DNA of 64,000 bases from the NCBI RefSeq assembly GCF_006345805.1, contig NC_043009.1, positions 27,466,001 to 27,530,000 on the forward strand. Reading direction: 5' to 3'. Under the pieces are notes generated by a model. The model did no database searches, was not told where the DNA came from, and was given only the letters and a program-made list of their open reading frames with translations. Made by a program: the position numbers and the translations under genes. This DNA comes from Octopus sinensis (lineage: Eukaryota). Below, piece by piece: positions 55,457 to 64,000 of this stretch; positions within the stretch are counted from its first letter, which is position 1; each line of letters starts with the position of its first letter.

Positions 55457-55544
55457 AACCAGAAAAAAAATCACAAAGCATTTTTTACCAATGCTTGAAC
55501 AAGTCTGTTCATCAATCTACATACTGTCATTAGTAATGATGGAT

Positions 55545-55720
55545 CGGTGGTGAAGTGGTAGAATTGTTAGCATGTTAGTTCTGAGTTCAAATTCTGCTGA
55601 GGTCGGCTTTGCCTTTCATTGTTTCGATGTTGATAAAATAAGTACCAGGTGAGCACTGAGGTCAATGTAATCAACTCTCTCTCCCCACAAATTGCTGGTC
55701 TTGTGCCTGAATTTAAAACC
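55545..55720 (+). mobile_element. CORE-like SINE family D
   Basis: ggtggtgaagtggtagaattgttagc...gctttgcctttcatt...gataaaataagtaccag. Confidence 0.75.
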
Positions 55721-56449
55721 ATTATTAGTAATGAGGGTGATTTCTTCAGTACAATTCCTCACATCTGAGTACATTGTGAGGGTACTGATGACATGCAAAA
55801 ATAACTCATTTTAGAAATCAACATTTGATAATTAGTAATATGAAACACATATACGCAATACAGGATTCATAATTCTGATCCTGATTTGGTATATTAAGAA
55901 ATGTTGGAGCTTGAAGACAACACCTCTGAACCTCTATAAAAGAAAGTTTCCTGAACCTGGGCTGCTGCCTATTAAAGTTGGGGAAAATCTAATTTTATTA
56001 CTGCAACTACTTGTTTCTTTTAACCTGTAATAGGCAACTAATTTTAAATGCTACATAGAACTTGTATGGTAATTGAAATTGAGGATTAGCTCCTTTGAAC
56101 ATTTCTTGAACAATTAATTTATTAAATCCTTTGGGTTATCATTTATGAATATATAATTATGGCTTTTAAATAGTTTGGAAGAATCATTGTGCATATGGAA
56201 GCAGTAAATATCAGCTTAGAAATGAAATGTAATGGTGACTTGAATCAACATCATCCTCAAACCCTCAACACCATCATCATCATCATCATCATTATCATCA
56301 TCACCAACGCACACAACTGCTACTATCGCTGTCACTATCAATAACACCACTACTACCATCACTGTCAATATACTATCCCTACTACCATCTTTGTTGCCAT
56401 CATTTAATTAAGCCTCTTTTTCATACCAACATGATTTAGACAGGAATGC

Positions 56450-56451
<2 letters not shown>

Positions 56452-56503
<52 letters not shown>

Positions 56504-56580
56504 TACATACATACATACATACATACATACATACATACATACATACATACATACATACATACATACATACACATATATAC
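56452..56580. repeat. Compound (TA)n-(TACA)n microsatellite; representative of dozens of (TA)n/(CA)n tracts across the window
   Basis: Directly visible. Confidence 0.9.
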
Positions 56581-56805
56581 CTACCTACATATAAATTCTT
56601 GAATAAAGAATACCAATAGTACAAAAGCAGATCCTTGTGCAGAAGAGAAATATGCTACTCCTCATGAATATTTAACAAAGATATTTACCTAAGATATTTG
56701 ATCTCTAACGATTCTGTATTTAGAGAAAGACTAATTAAAAATGCATTGTTAAATAGTCATATTTGTATATCAATCCTAAGTAAATGAGGTAACATGTATG
56801 CAATA

Positions 56806-57133
56806 CTTTAAAGACTCCGCCGGTTACGACGACGAGGGTCCCAGCTGATACGATCAACGGAACAGCTTGCTCGTGAAATTAACGTGCAAATGGCTGAGCA
56901 TTCCACAGACACGTGTACCCTTAACGTAGTTCTCGGGGATAATCAGCGTGACACAGAGAGTGACAAGGCTGACCCTTTGAAATACAAGTACAACTCATTT
57001 TTGCCAGCTGAGTGGACTGGAGCAACGTGAAATAAAGTGTCTTGCTCAAGGACACAACGCGTCGCCGGGAATCGAACTCACAACCTTACGATCATGAGCC
57101 GAATGCCCTAACCACTAATCCACGTGCCCTCAC
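56806..57133 (-). mobile_element. Young tRNA-derived SINE family C with 11-bp TSD
   Basis: Minus head gtggattagtggttagggcattcggctcatgatcgtaaggttgtgagttcgattccc (A and B boxes); CpGs retained; TGTATGCAATA repeated at 56795-56805 and 57134-57144. Confidence 0.92.
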
Positions 57134-59814
57134 TGTATGCAATAAATAGGTAAATGAATGTCTTAGCCTAACTTCAAGCAAATATGATTTGGTAGATTGT
57201 GCCATATTTTTGATAAGGGTTTTAGGTGCCTCTACAGTTGGGAGCAGACTTAAACACTTTCGTGGCCCTCCCATCTTTGACCCAAAGGAATATTAAGATT
57301 GTGACAACTGGTGGGAGAATAGATAGCATTAGTATTTCCCTGGTGTTAATTTTCATCTAAATAGGCAGGAGAAATCTGAAACAAAGAGCCTTGCCCAAGG
57401 ATACAGTGTACTACATGGTCTAGGACTTGAACCCATGACCTTATGAGTGTGTTTCTAACACTTTAACCACTTGTTCACATGCCTGCACAGTAACATTTAT
57501 ACCAGATGTGTATAAGTATAGAACATGCTTTAAATGTGTTGTCCTTCCATTTTCAGTAACAATTGAAAGTTAAGATACTTACAGTCCTCCCTGTAGTAAA
57601 CCTTTGGGCATAAACCCATCTTTTCCCTTTGTTAAATTTAAAGATACTACTTTTAGACTTCTCTGTAGTAAACATGTAGATATGATCCCATATGTACTTT
57701 CTTATCAATATATTTTATAACGCTTATTAATTATGCAAATTACATTGACCAAAAAGTTATTATTCATAACTCATTTTCTACTTGTAAGAATCTTTATCAG
57801 CAAATTCAGCAAGCTGGGTTAGACTACATACAAGCTGAATATACTGAAATATACCTGTAATTGTCTCCCTTTGCTTGCTAACAAAAATAAGATTTTTCTC
57901 TATGTCAGTGATTCCCCACTTTTTCTGTTGTAAGTTGCTAACAGTTTCCACTGGGTTTCGATTCAATTTTTTTCACTAAAATTTAAATTTCAATTAAGAT
58001 TTTTTTGTTTGCTTTTTCACATATGACATTTTTGCATACATCATCTCTTTTAACTACATTGTTACCATTATTGTAGCAAGAATGAAGGTAATGGCAACCG
58101 CCTGTATTGGTAACAGACACAGAACTTTCCATTTAATTTCATTTCATAAAATCAATCATGCTACATTATCATCGCAGATCAATTTCTTTCTTTTCTTGTT
58201 TACCATAAATTTCTCTTATTTTATTGTATAACTCCATTTTCTTTTGATCATTACAGCAACTGTTCTGGATTTTTCACTTCCCTTTTACTTTGCTAAAATT
58301 ACCTTTGTGTTCCCTCTTCAAGCTTTAATATCATGAATTAATTTTATACTTTGTTTCTTATGATATGCAAAAATTCATGTAATTTTGCCATCAACTGTCT
58401 ATTTTTTCTTTGGATCTCTCAGCACACTTTCACTTATATATATATACATATATATGTGTGTGTGTGCATGTATGTATGTATATTGGTTGTTTTTTTTTAA
58501 CCGTTCTCTGCAGCAGACATATTTATTCTATTGTTTAGTCAAATGGGTTTGAAGTGATTTTTCGCTGAAGCATGAATGCAATTGCATACAATTTGTTCCT
58601 AACATAAAGCTGCAATCACAATATAATTTTTCCATTCATATTGGGAAATGTGGAAGCTTCTTCAAAATAGATATCTTTATAGGTAAATACTAGGAGTGTA
58701 TATTCTATGTGTATTGGGTGAGTGCTACACACACATGCACTCATACACAGATACTCACAAATGCACCAAGCCAAGTTAATTTTTGTTATGTTAGTTCTGT
58801 TCTTGCTGCATCATGTTATAATCTGGTCATAATTTGTCTTCAAATCTAATATTACACATTGAGAAACAAGGATTAAGTCATGTTGAAACTGTATTATGTA
58901 GAGAACTATTCTATATGACAATGATATCGACATAAGTGGTGTATTTAGTGTGTAGAAATAGTCTAAAGTTTGCATGTTTATAATTATAACAGGGTAATAG
59001 AGGGTTCAGTACAGTTTCCCTGCCTGTGACAGTAATCACCATACAACATTGATATCTATATAAGGGATGTATATTGTGGGTAAGGTAGCTGATAGAAGAA
59101 TCACCAGAGCATATAGAATGAATTATAATATTTGTTCCTGAAATCTGCATTCAGAGTTCAAATATGACTATGATCACCTTTACCTTTCACTCTATTGGGA
59201 TTAATAAAGAAAGTACCTGCTCAATACTGGCTCAGCCCTCATACCCTCTCTATCAATTACACACCGAATGGTCAAAAGTGGGGGAAGAGAGTGGATACCT
59301 CTGTTTACTCTAGCCTACCTGGGTACCTAAAGCCATTAGTAAAACATTGAAAGCGGACATTAAACGGTGATGATGATGATGATGATGATGATGATGTATG
59401 CATGCAAACAAATAATTCTCTATTGTGAGTGATAGCTATAGAATAATATTCTAGATGAGTTGGTAGGGCAGCTCCGAAAGGGGTCTCAGGGAGTAGTGTC
59501 CCTGCCTTCCTGAGATAGTTTTCCACCACATTTCTTTAAGGGTGAGGAGTTATGAAGGGGAATATAAAACTAAATCTATTTAGGACACCAAGTTGCATTG
59601 TTCAATGGCTTATCGCTGAATTACTAATTAAGAAGTAAGCAGATAAAAATCTTTTAAAAATTTAGATTTAAAATTTTCAATTGTTCATTAAGCATTCTCT
59701 GCGTAATTTAATATCAGCAAACATCAATAAATCAAGAACAAAGCTTAAACAAATAGAGACAGTATATTGCTAATGAATGTAATATTAACACAAATACTAT
59801 TACTAATAATAATA

Positions 59815-60491
59815 ATGGTTTCAAATTTTGGCACAAGGCCAGTAATTTCATGTGGGTGGAGTCAGTTACATCGACCCCTTCCCCCAGTGCTCAACTGGTA
59901 CTTATTTTATTGACCCTGGAAGGATGAAAGGTAAAGTCAACCTCAGTGGAATTTGAACTCAGAACATAAAGATGACTGAGATATGCTAATGATTCTGCCA
60001 AGGTCAATGGTTTTGAAGGGAAGAAATTATTCAATACATTCAACCTCAGTACTTGATTGGTTCTTTATCTTTATTGATCCCAAATCTATGAAAGGCAAAA
60101 CTGACCCCAATGGGGATTTACTTGGTCCTACTGAATCTAGTATTTGATTGATTCTTTATATTCTTGACTCCGAGGGCTGAAAGACAAATTTGACATTGGT
60201 GGGATTTGAACTTAGAACAGGTGGAACTGGAAAATATACTGCTCTATTTATTCTGCTAATCCACCACCCCAATAATCCTTTCTACTATAGGCACAAGGCC
60301 TGAAATTTTTGGGGGAGGGAACAAGTCAATTACATCAACCCCAGTACACAACTGGTATTTAATTTATTGACCCCAAAAGGAGGAAAGGCAAAGTCAATCT
60401 TGGCAGAATTCGAACTCAGAAAATAAAGACAGGCGAAATACCACTAAGCACTTCGTCCAGCATGCTAACGATCCTGCCAGCTCACTGTCTT
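59815..60491 (-). mobile_element. Head-to-tail array of four CORE-like SINE (family D) copies
   Basis: Four blocks; the last (60277-60491) is flanked by a 15-bp direct repeat CACCACCCCAATAAT. Confidence 0.82.
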
Positions 60492-60500
60492 CACCACCCC

Positions 60501-60532
<32 letters not shown>

Positions 60533-61424
60533 TGATGAAAATAATAATAATAATAGCAATAATGATAATTTTGGTTGATATAATTTGTCAATGCTGATTT
60601 AATATCTGAAAAGATGGTGTTGTAGATGTTTTAAACCAATTGACAACAAACTAATATTTCTTTAGCAAAGAAAGCAATGAACTGAGTTCTGGTGAATCTG
60701 AACGGTTCCTTTGGAATAGCAGATATGCTTCATTGTTTGGGAGACATAACTGATGCTAACATGTGCGAAGGTTTTTTAATGAATGGTACTTGAGAAAATA
60801 TTAACTTTTCTGAATATTAAGAAATTTTTCTTGATGTAAGTGGTACCCTATATGATAGAAAATGGTAATTGCATGTGGACTTCTCAGAATATGAAAGATT
60901 AAAAAGAAAAAAAGTTTTAAAAAAAAGTAAAAAAAAAATGAATATATTCTCAGTGTATAATGGATAAGTTCTAAGTTGATATCTGTTCATTCAGACATAA
61001 ATGGCTAAATATAAGGCCGAGAATTTGATGAGAGATTAACTGAGATGATGACAAACGATAAAGCTGAGAGAGAGACAGATTCATAGAAATACTCAACATA
61101 GAGATGAATATAAATATGTATGCTAAATAGGAAGAAATATAAATAATACACAAAAATAACTGAAGGAAAATACCAGGGAGTGAACTAAATAAGGGAATAT
61201 AGTAGAAATATTATATGTGGATTATATAAGAGCTGACGGAAATCAACACTGAAGTAGTTATGCTGCTGTTTATAATAGAAGAATACATACATATCCATTC
61301 TTCCCATCATACTGTAACTCATCTCACCTTCACCCTTTCACAACAATAAATCCTTTCTCTCCCACCCCATATCATGCTCTCCCAATGCCCCACTTAAAGA
61401 TATGTCATTCTCTCTCTTATTCTA

Positions 61425-61875
61425 AGGCAGTGAGCTGGCAAAAAAACATTAGCATGCCGGGCAAAATGCTTAGCGATATTTTGTCTATCTTTACATTCTG
61501 AATTCAAATTCTGTCAAGGCCGACTTTGCTTTTCATCCTTTTGGGGTCAATAAATTAGGTACTAGTTGCATACTGGGGTCGATCTAATTGACTGACCCCC
61601 AACTCCCTCAAAATTTCGGGCCTTGTGCCTAGGGTAGAAAAGATTCTATAATTTTTAAGGTGGTGAGCTGGCAGAATTGTTAGCATGCTGGGCGAAATGC
61701 TTAGCAATATTTTGTCTGCGTTTACATTCTGAGTTCAAATTCCACTGAGGTCGACTTTGCCTTTCATCCTTTCAGGGTCGATAAATCAAGTGCCAGTTGC
61801 ATACTGAGGTTGATCTAATCAACTGACACCATCCCCAAAAATTTTGGGCCTTGGGTCTAGAGTAGAAAAGATTCG
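61425..61875 (+). mobile_element. Tandem pair of CORE-like SINE (family D) copies
   Basis: Two near-full copies starting aaggcagtgagctggca (about 61425) and aaggtggtgagctggca (about 61657). Confidence 0.88.
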
Positions 61876-62460
61876 TTCTTTTATTCTATCTTTCAATGGT
61901 GGAGGCTTTCTTCACAGTAAGTTACGAGGTGACCTCATAAATGCTGTTGGCATTAAAAAAAAGTAACACACTCAGTGTACTATATAAAGTGGTTTGCCAT
62001 CTGAGCAGAGGTACCAAATGGTTTTAGAAAACTCTTTAGTCTTACTGGGGATTAGACAGCTTCTTTAGTGCAGGTGCCATTATTAAAATATATCAGTTAC
62101 ACTCTGTGAAGTGGTTGGTATCAGGAACAATATTTAGCCATAGAAATCAAGTCGAAACTGAAAGGCTGGAACAAAATGTAATTTACTGATCTGATAATCC
62201 TGTCAAACTCTCCAACCCAATCCATCATGGAAAACAGATGATAAAGATTAAAATGATGATATAATTGTTTAGATTTTAATGAAACCTTTAAAAAGCTATT
62301 ACTCATTATATATTCTGATGATAGCTCAAAATTAAGTAGTAGTATTTAGAACTGTTGAAACTCCCGGTTCTAATCTCTGAGATATTCCAATCTCTGAATT
62401 AGAATTAGAAAATCTTATTCGGGGTGTATTTTTATTTAATGTATTATTCAAATATTTCAG

Positions 62461-62562
62461 AAGAAGATACCTCTTAAAGCTGCCATAGACTCCACATTGA
62501 AGAAATATGTTGAAAACTATCTCAGAAGTCAAAAAGAGAAGGAAAAAAATCGAAAATTGAAA
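62461..62562 (+). CDS. Candidate 102-nt plus-strand exon (KKIPLKAAIDSTLKKYVENYLRSQKEKEKNRKLK) or transposon coding relic
   Basis: aaatatttcag|AAG...TTG AAA|gtaact, stop-free, protein-like composition. It is on the opposite strand to the main gene and has no convincing partner exons. Confidence 0.2.
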
Positions 62563-63299
62563 GTAACTTAGAATATTTGACTTTGTTGATTAGAAAAACT
62601 TTCTCATTATATAAGAAAAGTTTTTAACTTGATGTATCTAAAATAAATACCTGTTGAGCACTGGGGTCAAGGTAATCAACTTCCCAACCATCAAAATTGC
62701 TGGCCTTGTGCCAGAATTAGAAAGAATATGATGTGTCTATCTGAACTAACAGAGAAGTAATGGTACAATAGGAAGACAAACAATATATAATATGGAGAAG
62801 AGAGTAAAGGGCAGGAATGATTGCTAAAAGTTGGCAGGAACCAAAGAAGAACATAATGCAAAACTAACAAAGATCTTGTACTAACAACAAAGGTTAGAAT
62901 CTGTTGGGAAGGTATAATTTTTTCCAAAAGGCTCCACTCTTACTACATGGAATTGGTAATAATGTATGTGTGGTGTTGGTGTTCAAGGTGATGCATTTGA
63001 TCTGATTCAAGCTCATTTATGATAAAAGTTATATGTGCACACACACACACACACACGTAGTTTATTGGATTTGATAAACTTTCATCCCGCTCTCTTTATA
63101 TATGCAAGCATCCTCTGTGAGTGTATGCATGTGCATGGGTATGTATATTTACTTAAATATGTATACAAACATATATACATACATGCACAAATGCACACAT
63201 ATTTATATATGTATATATGTATATATATATATATATGTGTATACACATATATATGTGTATATATATATATGTATGCACGTATGCATATATGTACATGTA

Positions 63300-63409
<110 letters not shown>

Positions 63410-63938
63410 ATGTATACATGCACAACATAAAATTATTTGATGTAAGTCTATATCATAAATATGCATGTACCAACACATAGCCATGCACACATGCACACAC
63501 ATACACACACACATGCGCATATATGCACTCGTTATATAGATGGATGTGTGTGTATGAGTGTGTGAGTGTGTGAGTGTATGTGTGTGAGTGTGTGTGTGTG
63601 TTCTGTATGTATTATGTGTCTTAATAATAAATTTAAAATTTCAACTTGCTAAATTTGCTCATCTTTTTCTGATAAATTTATTTTACATTCCTGTTATTGA
63701 TATTTTAGGGAATTTATATTAACTCTAAAGCTTAAAGAAGGGATAGCTTTATTAAAAGTCTATTCAAATCTCTTTTTAATAAATTTATAAAATTTCACTG
63801 TTGTTACAATATATACATACATATACATACACACATGCATACATAAATACATGCATACATACATATATGTATTCATATATATAATATATATGTAGATACA
63901 CATATATATATGTATGTATATATGTATGTGTTTATGTA

Positions 63939-63972
<34 letters not shown>

Positions 63973-64000
63973 AATTTTCTTTTTAATTTACAAATCAAAG

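Noticed and set aside
57060-57133. Possible tRNA gene
   Set aside because: The tRNA-like sequence is the head of a SINE with body, tail and TSD; the acceptor and anticodon stems are imperfect.

Overview
AT-rich eukaryotic DNA, saturated with (TA)n/(CA)n/(AAT)n microsatellites and tRNA-derived SINEs. The repeat families resemble those I know from octopus (coleoid cephalopod) genomes; this is recognition, not a database search. Almost all ORFs in the supplied track are microsatellite artefacts. The window looks mostly like intronic DNA of one large minus-strand gene. One convincing 492-nt Thr/Asn/Ser-rich coding exon lies at 39744-40235 and a strong 15-nt microexon candidate (PPENW) at 52047-52061, with weaker exon candidates elsewhere; I do not recognise the protein. 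Mobile DNA includes a rearranged mariner remnant, two hAT-type MITEs with the same 8-bp target, TTAA-flanked MITEs, RTE-type LINE fragments, a Penelope-like 3' end, and several SINE families, some in head-to-tail arrays. The most notable observations are two tandem minimal hammerhead-ribozyme-like motifs in the Penelope end, two long fold-back hairpins, a 32-bp minisatellite split by a MITE, and the microexon. No CRISPR arrays, rRNA genes or bona fide tRNA genes were seen. SINE/LINE boundaries without a stated TSD are approximate.
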